Shown here: piece by piece, positions 21,462 to 31,104 of the stretch
Layout: the number at the start of each line of letters is the position of its first letter
Numbering within the stretch: the stretch's first letter is position 1
NCBI GenBank assembly: GCA_913052635.1
Contig: CAJXDE010000001.1
Location: 1 to 59,293 of the forward strand
DNA: 59,293 nt
DNA from: an uncultured Halieaceae bacterium
GTDB taxonomy: Bacteria > Pseudomonadota > Gammaproteobacteria > Pseudomonadales > Halieaceae
Direction of reading: 5' to 3'
Translations under genes and position numbers: made by a program
The notes under the pieces: generated by a model
Databases searched by the model: none
Told to the model about the DNA's origin: nothing
What the model saw: only the letters and a program-made list of their open reading frames with translations

Positions 21462-22604
21462 TCAGTTGCCTCCCTCGATAATGTTTTTAATAGTGGGGTG
21501 AACAACGGCTCCGCCATGGGTAATCACACAGCCAGGCAGAATGTCGTTCTCAAGGTCGAGCACAAACTGCTTGCCCTCCTCGTCCCAGGTGTCCTCGACG
21601 AGGTTAAACATGTTGCTCGCGTACATCTGGGTCGCATCGCGCGGCGCCAGATTGGCAAGGTTGGCGGTGCCCACGATGGTCACGCCGTTGACGTCAACCA
21701 CCTCGTCGGGCACGGAGCCTTCGACGTTACCGCCAGTTTCAGCGGCCATATCAACAATCACGGAACCGGGCGACATGCCCTCAACCATGTCGGCTGTGAC
21801 CAGCACCGGCGGCTTGCGGCCAAAGACCTGCGCCGTAGTGATTACTACATCGGAATCAGCAATCACCGCTTTCTGGGCCTGACGCTGCATCTCGACCTGC
21901 TCGGGAGTCAGCTCCTTGGCGTAGCCATCCGCCGTCTGACCGGTATCACCCAAGTCGATCTCTAGAAACTTCCCACCCAGTGATTCCACCTGCTCGGCCA
22001 CAACGGGGCGGGTATCAAACGCGGTGACCCGAGCGCCAAGACGCTTGGCCGTGGCGATGGCCTGCAGGCCCGCAACCCCAGCACCAATAATGAACACCTT
22101 GGCGGGCTTCAGTGTGCCGGCTGGCGTCATCATCATCGGCATGATGCTGGGCATGTTGTTAGCCGCCAACATGACTGCCATGTAGCCCGCGAGGTTTGCC
22201 TGGGAACTCAGCGCGTCCATCTTCTGGCTGCGGGTTGAGCGAGGGATCATCTCCATACTCACCGCCGTCACATTGTGACTGGCAAAGGCCTTGATCAGCT
22301 CTTTCTCGTTGAATGGGTCGAGGTAGGAGACGTGAATGCAACCGCCTTTGAGCTGACTGATCTCTTCGATCTCGGGCTTGCGCAGTCGCAGCACCATGTC
22401 GGCACTGCCCAGCAGTGCTGAGCGATCAGAACCAATGCTGGCACCCGCTGCTTCGTAGTCTGCATCGCTGATGCCGGCACCCGTGCCTGCCCCCGATTCG
22501 ATAACTACTTCCGCACCGAGCCGCACCAATTTTTTCACCGTCTCGGGAGTCGCGGAGACGCGATCCTCTCCCGGCTGGGTTTCACGGGGTATGACTAATT
22601 GCAT
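21462..22604 (-). CDS. pntAa: NAD(P) transhydrogenase subunit alpha, part 1 (NAD-binding)
   Basis: RSQKMDALSSQANLAGY, GAGVAGLQAIATAKRLGA, GYAKE. Confidence 0.96.
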   Translation of the reverse strand: MQLVIPRETQPGEDRVSATPETVKKLVRLGAEVVIESGAGTGAGISDADYEAAGASIGSDRSALLGSADMVLRLRKPEIEEISQLKGGCIHVSYLDPFNEKELIKAFASHNVTAVSMEMIPRSTRSQKMDALSSQANLAGYMAVMLAANNMPSIMPMMMTPAGTLKPAKVFIIGAGVAGLQAIATAKRLGARVTAFDTRPVVAEQVESLGGKFLEIDLGDTGQTADGYAKELTPEQVEMQRQAQKAVIADSDVVITTAQVFGRKPPVLVTADMVEGMSPGSVIVDMAAETGGNVEGSVPDEVVDVNGVTIVGTANLANLAPRDATQMYASNMFNLVEDTWDEEGKQFVLDLENDILPGCVITHGGAVVHPTIKNIIEGGN

Positions 22605-22735
22605 AGTGAATTTCGCCTGGTTTTATGGGATCACCGCGATCCCGGTATTATTGGAATTCCAGTCGGCTGATTATTGAGGCGGTCGCTTGGCAGGAGCAGG
22701 GCCCACAGCGCCACTGGAGACGAGTCGGTGAAAGA

Positions 22736-23389
22736 TCAGCCCGCGTGAAGTTTCAGGAGCGGGTTGAGCCAGCGGTGTCGCAACCGAGTGAACTTCAGGG
22801 GCGCATCCAGCACCGCCAGACAGATACACTCTTCACCTTCCAGTGCGACCGGGGTGTGCTTGTCCCACCCCTCCCGAACGAGGAAATCACCCGGGTGGTA
22901 CTCGCCGCTCTCATCGGCAAAGCCACCGCGCAGCACCAGCGTCATCTCGCTGCCGCCATGGGTATGTTCGGGGATGCGACCGCCCTCAGCAATGCGATAC
23001 AACGCAAATTCGTGATTGGGGTCGCCGGTTTTGAGATAACTGATACTCAGGGATTGCGTGACACGCTTCCATGCCAAATCAGCATAATTGCCGTTGATGA
23101 GGCGATCCAGCAGGCCGGGAAGCTGCGTGTCGGAAACTTCATTGGGCGCATAGCGAAGGGGCTCCGGATCGTCGAGGCGCGCCATGACGGATTCGAGTAC
23201 CGATTCGCCCACGGGTTGCGGATCTAAACGCTCAAGATGCGCACCGCCGACATCCTCTAACCTGTCGACCACCTGCCGACAGCGCTGGCAGTAACTCAAA
23301 TGCGCAGCAACGCAGGCTGACTGCGCAACGGGAAGCGCGCCAGCCGCATACTCTAAAAGCAAATCCATTGGGGGGTGATGATGTGCCAT
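22736..23389 (-). CDS. chrR: Anti-sigma-E factor ChrR
   Basis: N-terminal HHP...LLEYAAG, ZAS motif HLSYCQRC, C-terminal cupin HTHGGSEMTLVLRG. Confidence 0.94.
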   Translation of the reverse strand: MAHHHPPMDLLLEYAAGALPVAQSACVAAHLSYCQRCRQVVDRLEDVGGAHLERLDPQPVGESVLESVMARLDDPEPLRYAPNEVSDTQLPGLLDRLINGNYADLAWKRVTQSLSISYLKTGDPNHEFALYRIAEGGRIPEHTHGGSEMTLVLRGGFADESGEYHPGDFLVREGWDKHTPVALEGEECICLAVLDAPLKFTRLRHRWLNPLLKLHAG

Positions 23390-23503
23390 CGCTATTTAAT
23401 CCAAACCACTCTCATGTACGTTGACATTACGAGGGTCACGCGCAAACGGTTTACTTCCCAACACCAATAAAACTATGACTTTCTGAGGGATTACCATCAC
23501 CAT

Positions 23504-24124
23504 TTAAGCCTCCATTAGCCCTTGGAGCTTCTGGATAGCAAGACGCACCCGTGATTTGACCGTGCCTAGTGGTAGATCGAGCTCTGCCGCGGCTTCGGAG
23601 TGGGATTTGCCCTCCATATAGACCTTGGCGAGTATTTGCGCCTGATCCGGCGGCAAATCGCTCATCAACTCACGGACCCGCTCGGCACCGCGGCGGGTGT
23701 GCAACACCACGAAAGACTCCTCCTCCTCGCTTTCCAGCTCGAAGTCATCAGAGGCCAATGGCGTATCAAACTTTTGCAAACGCCGGAACATATCGGTTCG
23801 GCAGTTCCGCGCAATGGTGTAGACCCAGGTCGAGGCGGCCGCCTTTTCCGGGTTGAAGCCCCCCGCCTTCTGCCAGACCTTAAGCATCACTTCCTGAACG
23901 AGCTCATCGGCATGGGACGCTGACAAACTAGAGCCTGAGAGGGCAAATGCTTTGATCAACGGGGCAAAATGACGGAAAAAACGCGTAAAGGCGCCCCGGT
24001 CCTGGCTTTCGCCAATCTGCACCAGCGCTGTGCTCCACTCGTCCGTGCGGCGGCCCGTCGGGACATTCCACTTCCCGTTGCCGCTCGCCGCAGGAGAGTT
24101 ACCTGCGTCTTTTTTGATTGCCAT
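23504..24124 (-). CDS. rpoE: ECF sigma factor, RpoE of the RpoE-ChrR (ECF11) family
   Basis: DELVQEVMLKVWQKA, STWVYTIARN, PLGTVKSRVRLA; adjacent to chrR. Confidence 0.92.
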   Translation of the reverse strand: MAIKKDAGNSPAASGNGKWNVPTGRRTDEWSTALVQIGESQDRGAFTRFFRHFAPLIKAFALSGSSLSASHADELVQEVMLKVWQKAGGFNPEKAAASTWVYTIARNCRTDMFRRLQKFDTPLASDDFELESEEEESFVVLHTRRGAERVRELMSDLPPDQAQILAKVYMEGKSHSEAAAELDLPLGTVKSRVRLAIQKLQGLMEA

Positions 24125-24250
24125 GAAAGGTCAAACCATCATCCCGATAGGACAGGATACACCCAGTGGCAACGCCTTGATACCACCCTCAACAGCTTAT
24201 TTTCTGCAGATTTGAGCGCGCAAGCGATAGTCAAGGACACTTATTTGGGC

Positions 24251-24276
24251 TGATCCGGCGCTCTCTGCGGGCCGTA
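24251..24276 (+). promoter_or_regulatory. sigmaE(ChrR-family)-dependent promoter
   Basis: TGATCC (24251-24256), 16 nt, CGTA (24273-24276); 44 bp upstream of the FAD oxidoreductase start; matches the described RpoE-ChrR regulon consensus. Confidence 0.85.
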
Positions 24277-24320
24277 ACAGCTGAAACCATTCCCTGTCTG
24301 GTGGCCGGAGGTCGTCAGCG

Positions 24321-25586
24321 ATGCACATTGCAGTCATTGGAGCGGGCATCTCCGGGCTGGGGTGCGCCCACCAGCTCGTCAGACGCGGCCACCGCGTCGA
24401 CATCTTCGAGGCCCGGGACCGGATCGGTGGCCACACCGCTACCTACGACGTGCAAATCGGTACGCGTCGCTTCGCCATCGATACCGGCTTCATCGTCTAT
24501 AACGACCGCAATTACCCCAACATGATCGATCTGTTCGGCGAGCTGGGTGTGGCGAGCAAGCCGACCTCAATGGGTTTCTCTGTCTGCGACGAAACAAGCG
24601 GTCTTGAATACGCGGGTAACAACCTCAACACCCTGTTTGCGCAACGCGGCAATCTGCTCTCACCCAGCTTTCTCAACATGATCAGAGAGATCCTGCGCTT
24701 TAACAAACTCGCCATCGCAGAGTTAGAGAGTGGCAAGCTCCCCCAGGATCAGACGCTGGGCGAGTATCTCTCGCGTCACGGCTTCGGCGAGCACTTTAGT
24801 CGCAGCTACTTGTTAGCGATGACCTCTGCGATCTGGTCGGCAGACTTCGAGGACGCCCAAGATTTTCCGGTCGAGTTTTTTATCCGCTTCTTCCGCAACC
24901 ACGGCTTGTTGTCACTGAAGGACCGGCCGCAATGGCGCGTAGTAGAGGGTGGCAGCCGGGAGTATCTTGCTCCGCTCACGCAGCGGTTCGCAGACGCCAT
25001 TCGCACGCGTATGCGGGTCGAAAAGATCCTTCGCCCGCCCGGCAGACCAGTTGTGGTGCAGTTCACAAATGGCCTGCAGCGCGAGTTTGATGAGGTCGTG
25101 ATCGCCACGCACTCAGACGACGCGCTGGGCATGCTCGGTGACCCGACCGAGTCAGAAAAGTCGGTGCTTAGGGCGCTGCCCTACCGGGACAACGAGGTAA
25201 TCCTGCACACCGACACACGGTTACTGCCCAAGACACAGCGCGCCTGGTCCAGCTGGAACTACCGATTGAAGCCGGGTAGCGGGCGCGCCACCGTCACCTA
25301 CAACATGAATATTCTGCAGGGTCTGGATGCCCCCGAGATCTTTTGCGTGACGCTCAATGACACCGACTCTATTAACCCTCATCGAATTCTGGGCCGCTTT
25401 AATTACGCGCACCCACAGTTCACACTGGCGGGTATGGAAGCCCAGCAACGTTGGGGCGACATCAACGGGCAAAACGGCACATGGTTCTGCGGCGCGTACT
25501 GGCAAAACGGTTTCCACGAGGACGGTCTGACCAGCGGACTGCGCGTGGCAGAGAACCTGTGCGCGGCCGCACAGATGGCGGCGTGA
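24321..25586 (+). CDS. FAD-dependent oxidoreductase (RSP_1091/UfaD-like fatty acyl desaturase)
   Basis: IAVIGAGISG, GGHTAT, DTGFIVYNDRNYPN, WSSWNY, CGAYWQNGFHEDG; first gene of the conserved oxidoreductase-DUF1365-cfa block. Confidence 0.88.
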   Translation: MHIAVIGAGISGLGCAHQLVRRGHRVDIFEARDRIGGHTATYDVQIGTRRFAIDTGFIVYNDRNYPNMIDLFGELGVASKPTSMGFSVCDETSGLEYAGNNLNTLFAQRGNLLSPSFLNMIREILRFNKLAIAELESGKLPQDQTLGEYLSRHGFGEHFSRSYLLAMTSAIWSADFEDAQDFPVEFFIRFFRNHGLLSLKDRPQWRVVEGGSREYLAPLTQRFADAIRTRMRVEKILRPPGRPVVVQFTNGLQREFDEVVIATHSDDALGMLGDPTESEKSVLRALPYRDNEVILHTDTRLLPKTQRAWSSWNYRLKPGSGRATVTYNMNILQGLDAPEIFCVTLNDTDSINPHRILGRFNYAHPQFTLAGMEAQQRWGDINGQNGTWFCGAYWQNGFHEDGLTSGLRVAENLCAAAQMAA

Positions 25587-26329
25587 AGGCCAAACTGTAC
25601 TCGGGCACACTTCGTCACGCCCGCTACTCTCCCAAGAAACACGCCTTCTCCTACAAGGTGTTTATGCCTTTTGTCGAGCTGGAAACTCTCCATGAGCTCA
25701 CTGCGCGCCTACCACTATGGTCAACCAAGCGGTGGGCACCCGCGCGGTTCCTACGGCGCGATTTTCTGGGCTCAGCCGAGCTGCCATTGGCTGACGCCGT
25801 TCGCCAACGCATTAAGGAAGAAACGGGGAAAGATCACACAGGCCCGATTTATCTGTTGGCCAATTGGCGATATTTCGGCTATCAAAACAATCCCATTGCC
25901 GTTTACTACTGCTACGACGATGCGGGAAAGCAGCTGCAATATGTGGTGGCAGAGGTCACCAATACCCCTTGGGGGGAGCGCCACAGCTACGTGCTCGAAG
26001 CACCTGATGCCAACCAGCCTCTGGCGACGGAGTTTCAGAAAGCGCTCCACGTCTCACCCTTCAACCCCATGAATATGACCTATCGCTGGTATAGCAATGT
26101 CCCGGGGGATGATCTCAATATTCAAATCGCGCTTTTTGAGGACGGCAATCGTATTTTCGACGCCGTGCTGTCTCTCGCCGCAGAGCCCCTCACTGCTCGC
26201 AGCGCACGCCGCGCGATCCTCGCCTATCCGTTTATGACAATCAAAGTCGCCGCCGGAATTTATTGGGAGGCCTTGCGCCTGTTTTTAAAAGGCGTCAGCC
26301 TGCATGCTCATCCGAAGCGAACGCACTAA
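25583..26329 (+). CDS. DUF1365 family protein (RSP_1090/UfaO-like)
   Basis: HARYSPKKHAFSY, RYFGYQNNPIAVYY, AEVTNTPWGERHSY, KALHVSPF, IYWEALRL; GTG overlaps the upstream stop. Confidence 0.9.
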   Translation: MKAKLYSGTLRHARYSPKKHAFSYKVFMPFVELETLHELTARLPLWSTKRWAPARFLRRDFLGSAELPLADAVRQRIKEETGKDHTGPIYLLANWRYFGYQNNPIAVYYCYDDAGKQLQYVVAEVTNTPWGERHSYVLEAPDANQPLATEFQKALHVSPFNPMNMTYRWYSNVPGDDLNIQIALFEDGNRIFDAVLSLAAEPLTARSARRAILAYPFMTIKVAAGIYWEALRLFLKGVSLHAHPKRTH

Positions 26330-26370
26330 CGTAACCGTCGACTCCACGCAGTAGAAGAAAGAGGGTCCAC

Positions 26371-27627
26371 ATGAGCGAATACAGCGTCAAAAACATCTCC
26401 AAGTTACCCATGCTGTTCCCGGAGAAACGCGGTGGCCTGGCGCGCTCGCTGATGCTCAAGGTGTTGGCCAAACTTCAGGTGGGATCCCTCACGCTCAAAG
26501 AGCAGGGCGAGACACTGGTCTTTGGCTCACAGACCGACCCCGCTGCACCTCATGCCGAGGTGCACGTTCATGACAGCGACTTGTATCGCCGCATTCTTAC
26601 TGCCGGCGGCATTGCAGCGGGCGAGACCTACATTGAGGGATTGTGGAGCAGCCCTGATCTGACGGCGGTGACCCGTGCTTTCAGCGCCAACTTGGCCATG
26701 CTGGGCGCCATGTCAGACCGCCAGAATTTGCTGGCAAAAACCGCTTTGAAGCTGAGCCATTGGGCACGACGCAATACATCACGGCGCTCGCGCGAGAACA
26801 TCTCCGCCCACTACGATCTCGGCAACGACTTTTTCGCCCTGTTTCTTGATCCGAGCATGATGTACTCGTCGGCGGTCTTTCCCACTCCAGACAGCGACCT
26901 GGCGAGTGCCTCACAACATAAGTTGCACCTGATCTGCGAGGATCTTGAGCTCAAGCCCGAGGATCATCTGGTTGAGATTGGCACGGGTTGGGGCGGCATG
27001 GCGATTTATGCGGCCGAGCACTATGGCTGTCGGGTCACCACCACTACCATCTCCCGGGAGCAGTTTGAGTACACGGTCGACGCCGTCGCCCAACGCGGCC
27101 TGCAAGATCGCATTACGGTGCTCTTCGATGATTACCGAGACCTCACCGGCAAGTTTGACAAGCTGGTATCCATCGAGATGATCGAGGCGGTCGGGCATCA
27201 GTTTTACGACACCTACTTTCAGACGGTCAGCCGACTGCTGAAGCCACATGGCAAAGCGGTGATTCAGGCCATCACCATGACCGAGCAACGTTACGAGCAA
27301 GCGAGGGATTCAGTGGACTTTATCAAGCGCTACATTTTCCCCGGCGGATGCCTGCCCTCGCTCACAGTTATCAGTGACGCGTTGGCACGCATGACCGATA
27401 TGCAAATGGCCCATCTCCGCGACATCACCCGGGACTACGCCGACACCCTGAATGCGTGGCACGAAGGTTTCCTAGGGCAGCTTGACCGAGTGCGCGGCAT
27501 GGGCTTTGACGATCGATTTATCAATATGTGGCGCTACTACCTCAGCTATTGCGAGGGGGGCTTCCGCGAGCGCATTATTGGCACCTACCAAATCACCATG
27601 ACCAAGCCGGGGTACCGCCCCGCCTGA
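26371..27627 (+). CDS. cfa: SAM-dependent fatty acyl methyltransferase, CFA-synthase family (RSP_2144/UfaM-like)
   Basis: NISAHYDLGNDFF, MMYSSA, EIGTGWG, SIEMIEAVG, FIKRYIFPGG, MWRYYLSYCEGGF. Confidence 0.92.
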   Translation: MSEYSVKNISKLPMLFPEKRGGLARSLMLKVLAKLQVGSLTLKEQGETLVFGSQTDPAAPHAEVHVHDSDLYRRILTAGGIAAGETYIEGLWSSPDLTAVTRAFSANLAMLGAMSDRQNLLAKTALKLSHWARRNTSRRSRENISAHYDLGNDFFALFLDPSMMYSSAVFPTPDSDLASASQHKLHLICEDLELKPEDHLVEIGTGWGGMAIYAAEHYGCRVTTTTISREQFEYTVDAVAQRGLQDRITVLFDDYRDLTGKFDKLVSIEMIEAVGHQFYDTYFQTVSRLLKPHGKAVIQAITMTEQRYEQARDSVDFIKRYIFPGGCLPSLTVISDALARMTDMQMAHLRDITRDYADTLNAWHEGFLGQLDRVRGMGFDDRFINMWRYYLSYCEGGFRERIIGTYQITMTKPGYRPA

Positions 27628-27637
27628 TCTACCGCCT

Positions 27638-29056
27638 ATGCTGCTGTCCCTCGCGCCGATCGCGCTGCTGGTTTTACTGCTCTCTGCCTCGGTAGCGCTG
27701 TTTGGCTCGGACGCATCACACGGACCCAATCAAGTAGCGCTGATCATTGCCTCGGCAGCCACCATGCTGGTGGGTTGGCGTCGCGGCATGAGCTGGCAGG
27801 CAATTCAGGAGGGCATGGTTGGCGCGATCACCGTCTCGATCATGCCCATGATGATTCTGCTCTCCGTGGGGGCACTGATCGGAAGCTGGATTATCAGTGG
27901 CACCGTCCCCGGCATGATCTATTACGGTGTACAGTTGCTGGACCCCGGCTTCTTTTACGCGGCATCTGCCATCATCTGTGCACTGGCCTCATTGAGCCTG
28001 GGCAGTTCCTGGACCGTCGCAGGGACACTGGGCATCGGCCTCATGGGCATCGCCACCACCTACTCGCTGTCGCCAGCCATCACGGCTGGCGCGGTGATCT
28101 CGGGCGCCTATTTTGGCGACAAACTCTCGCCGCTATCCGACACCACCAATCTAGCCGCGGCGGCAGTGGGTGTCGATCTGTTTGAGCACATCAAAAACAT
28201 GCTCTGGACGACTCTGCCCGCCTTTATTGCAGCACTGGTGATTTTTTCCTTCGTCGGTAGTGAGGGCGCCGCCACCCCCGAGAACATCACCGAGATCCGC
28301 ACTGCCTTAGCCAATCAATTTGCGATCTCCCCCTGGGTACTCTCGCCTCTCGCAATGATGCTGGCGCTAATCTATTCTCGGGTACCCGCCTACCCCGCCA
28401 TCTTAATATGCACCCTCTCCGGCACGCTCTATGCCGCCGCCTTTCAGACCGATGTCGTTCGCGCGCTGGCACTTGCTGCCCACCCTTACTCACCGGCACC
28501 GGTAATTCAGGGGCTCTGGATGGCGCTGTTCTCGGGATACCAGTCACCCGAGGGCATGGGCGAGCTCAGCAAACTGCTCGACAAGGGCGGCTTGGCCAGC
28601 ATGCTGAACACCATCTTTCTCATTCTGACTGCGATGACCTTCGGCGGGATGCTGGATAGCACGGGTATTCTGCGGCAGCTGCTTGATCAGGTCCTGCGAG
28701 GCGTGAAGCGTACCGGAGATCTGATACTCGCCACCGTGGGGGGTGGCTTCATCACCAACCTACTGGCTGCCGATCAGTTTCTCGCTATCACTTTGCCCGG
28801 CCGCCTGTTTACGCCGGCCTACGATGACCGCGGGCTGAATCGACTGAGCCTCTCCCGCACGCTGGAAGACTCCGCCACACTCACCTCAGTGCTGATCCCC
28901 TGGAATACCTGTGGAGCGTTCATGGCGGCAACGCTGGGTGTTGCGACTTTTGAGTACGCGCCTTATGCATTGTTTAATGTGATTTGTCCGGTGCTGGCAG
29001 TGATCTTCGGCTACCTGATGATCGCGCAGCCCCGCGTCAAGGCAGCCAGCGCATGA
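27638..29056 (+). CDS. nhaC: NhaC-family Na+/H+ antiporter or Na+-coupled amino-acid transporter
   Basis: GSSWTVAGTLG, SGAYFGDKLSPLSDTTNLA, SRTLED, LIPWNTCG; polytopic membrane protein. Confidence 0.85.
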   Translation: MLLSLAPIALLVLLLSASVALFGSDASHGPNQVALIIASAATMLVGWRRGMSWQAIQEGMVGAITVSIMPMMILLSVGALIGSWIISGTVPGMIYYGVQLLDPGFFYAASAIICALASLSLGSSWTVAGTLGIGLMGIATTYSLSPAITAGAVISGAYFGDKLSPLSDTTNLAAAAVGVDLFEHIKNMLWTTLPAFIAALVIFSFVGSEGAATPENITEIRTALANQFAISPWVLSPLAMMLALIYSRVPAYPAILICTLSGTLYAAAFQTDVVRALALAAHPYSPAPVIQGLWMALFSGYQSPEGMGELSKLLDKGGLASMLNTIFLILTAMTFGGMLDSTGILRQLLDQVLRGVKRTGDLILATVGGGFITNLLAADQFLAITLPGRLFTPAYDDRGLNRLSLSRTLEDSATLTSVLIPWNTCGAFMAATLGVATFEYAPYALFNVICPVLAVIFGYLMIAQPRVKAASA

Positions 29057-29505
29057 CCACGCACCAGTGGGATTTTGCCGATCCCTATTTGTGGCCAGTA
29101 ACCGTTGAGGCAGAGCATATCGACGCGCTCGCGCACACCCGGAACACCCACTACGTTGAGTGGTGCATGGAAGCCGCGTGGGCGCACACGACAGCGCTCG
29201 GACTCGGGGCTGAGGACTACCAGCGCCTCGACCGCGCCATGGCACTAACGCGTGCGGAATACGACTACCTGAAGGCGACCCAGGCGGGCGATCGGTTAGT
29301 GGTCGGCACTTGGATTACGGACTGGGCAGGCAAAATGAAGATGTCGCGGCAGCTACAGGTGGTCTACGAGCAGACCGGGGACACGGTTTTTCGTGGCGCG
29401 CTTGAGTTTGTGTGTATCGAGATATCCACGGGCCTCCCAAAAAGGCCGCCCAAGGAATTTATCGACATCTACGGTCCGGTGATCGTGGCGGCACGCGCAA
29501 CATAA
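29053..29505 (+). CDS. Acyl-CoA thioesterase (hotdog fold, 4HBT/YbgC-like)
   Basis: HIDALAHTRN..Y..W, EYDYLK, FVCIEISTGLPKRPP; ATG overlaps the nhaC stop. Confidence 0.85.
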   Translation: MTTHQWDFADPYLWPVTVEAEHIDALAHTRNTHYVEWCMEAAWAHTTALGLGAEDYQRLDRAMALTRAEYDYLKATQAGDRLVVGTWITDWAGKMKMSRQLQVVYEQTGDTVFRGALEFVCIEISTGLPKRPPKEFIDIYGPVIVAARAT

Positions 29506-29553
29506 TCATTGCTGTATCGTGCTCAGTAAGAGCACTGCAAAGTGTGCCGAGGG

Positions 29554-30513
29554 TCAGGCGCTATCCCAGCCGAAGCTGATGATCTCCCCAAGATTGTTGG
29601 CGCCCAACTTCACGGCAAGTAAGCGATCCACGCCCAGCGCGACGCCCGCGCACTCGGGCAGGCCTTGGCGGTGCGCGGCCAGCAGGCGTTCATCAATGGG
29701 GCGCTGCGGCAGCCCGCGCTGCTGCCGGCGTTTGTTCTCCGCCTGCAGTTGGGCAGAGAGCCAAGTGGCATCGGTTTGCTCCCAGTATCCGTTGGCCAGC
29801 TCTTTACCATGCACGTAGCACTCGAAGCGCGCGGCAACGTCGATATCACCTACGGAGACGCAGCGCGCCATAGCCGCCTGAGATGCCGGAAAGTCAGTGA
29901 TGAACACCACACCCCAATCACTGATTTCGGGCTCGATACAGTGACTCATCAACAAATCGAGAAGCGCATCGCGGTCGAGACCATGCGGCACGGAGCCGAT
30001 CCGGGATTCGGCGATGTCAGTGAGTGCCGCCAGACTGGTCTGCTCGTCCATAGGATCGACGCCGAGGACCTCGACAAAGAGCGCCCGATAGGGCCAAACC
30101 TGCCAACCATCCGAGTCCAAAACAGCGCCCAACAATTCGGCGACCTCGCGCATCAAAGCAGCGTGATCCCAGCACACCCGATACCATTCGAGCAGTGTGA
30201 ATTCGGGGTTGTGGTTATGCCCCGCCTCACCTTGGCGAAATGCTTTGCAGATCTGAAAAACATCACCGGAGCCGGCCGCCAGAAGGCGCTTCATCGCGCT
30301 TTCCGGTGAGGTTTGCAGGTACCTGTCCGGTTCGTCACTCTTCCTCGGCAACCTGAAAACGTCGATGCCGGCGTCCGGCACGGTGCCCTGAGAGAGAAGC
30401 GGAGTTTCGACTTCCATGACGCCGCGATCGCAAAAGAACCGGCGTAACGCTTGTAGTAAGTCCGCCCTCGCGGCGAGGCCCTCCGGCGAGGCCGAGGGTA
30501 GCCATTTACTCAA
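29554..30513 (-). CDS. epmA: EF-P lysine aminoacylase (LysRS paralog)
   Basis: EVETP, YLQTSPE.AMKRLLAAG, FRQGE..HNPEFTLLEWY, ELANGY, GVALGVDRL; downstream of efp. Confidence 0.95.
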   Translation of the reverse strand: MSKWLPSASPEGLAARADLLQALRRFFCDRGVMEVETPLLSQGTVPDAGIDVFRLPRKSDEPDRYLQTSPESAMKRLLAAGSGDVFQICKAFRQGEAGHNHNPEFTLLEWYRVCWDHAALMREVAELLGAVLDSDGWQVWPYRALFVEVLGVDPMDEQTSLAALTDIAESRIGSVPHGLDRDALLDLLMSHCIEPEISDWGVVFITDFPASQAAMARCVSVGDIDVAARFECYVHGKELANGYWEQTDATWLSAQLQAENKRRQQRGLPQRPIDERLLAAHRQGLPECAGVALGVDRLLAVKLGANNLGEIISFGWDSA

Positions 30514-30531
30514 AGGTCAGTCACTCGCGGG

Positions 30532-31104
30532 TCAGCTTTTACTCGCGCGACTAACGTATTCACCGGTACGGGTATCGACGCGGATGACTTCACCCTCGGT
30601 GATAAATAGCGGCACCCGCACCACCGCTCCGGTGCTGAGAGTGGCGGGCTTGCTACCCCCCTGCGCCGTATCGCCCTTGAGGCCCGGGTCGGTCTCGGTG
30701 ATTTCCAACTCGATGAAGTTGGGGGGTGTGACCGCCAGCGGCGTGCCGTTGTACAACGTGATCTCATACCGCTCCTGCTCTTTGAGCCACTTCTCGGCTT
30801 CACCCACTGCGTCACGGTCAGCACCATACTGCTCGTAGGTAGAGGGGTCCATAAAGTGCCAGAACTCGCCGTCGGTGTAGGAATACTCGAGGTCCACGTC
30901 CATGACGTCGGCACCTTCGAGCGTGTCTCCTGACTTGAAAGTCCGCTCCCAGACCCGTCCGGACTTCAGGTTACGAAGTTTGACCCGATTGAACGCCTGC
31001 CCCTTGCCCGGCTTGACGAACTCGTTCTCGAGAATTGAACAAGGGTCGCCGTCGAGCATGACCTTCAGCCCGGGCTTGAATTCGTTGGTTGAGAAGTTTG
31101 GCAT
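30532..31104 (-). CDS. efp: Translation elongation factor P (Lys34 type)
   Basis: [32 protein letters not shown]; start reassigned to ATG 31104. Confidence 0.97.
   Translation of the reverse strand: MPNFSTNEFKPGLKVMLDGDPCSILENEFVKPGKGQAFNRVKLRNLKSGRVWERTFKSGDTLEGADVMDVDLEYSYTDGEFWHFMDPSTYEQYGADRDAVGEAEKWLKEQERYEITLYNGTPLAVTPPNFIELEITETDPGLKGDTAQGGSKPATLSTGAVVRVPLFITEGEVIRVDTRTGEYVSRASKS

Noticed and set aside
22605-22650. TGATCC on the minus strand upstream of pntAa as a sigmaE promoter
   Set aside because: No CGTA at 16-nt spacing, too close to the start codon, and the hexamer is one arm of a GGGATC/GATCCC hairpin
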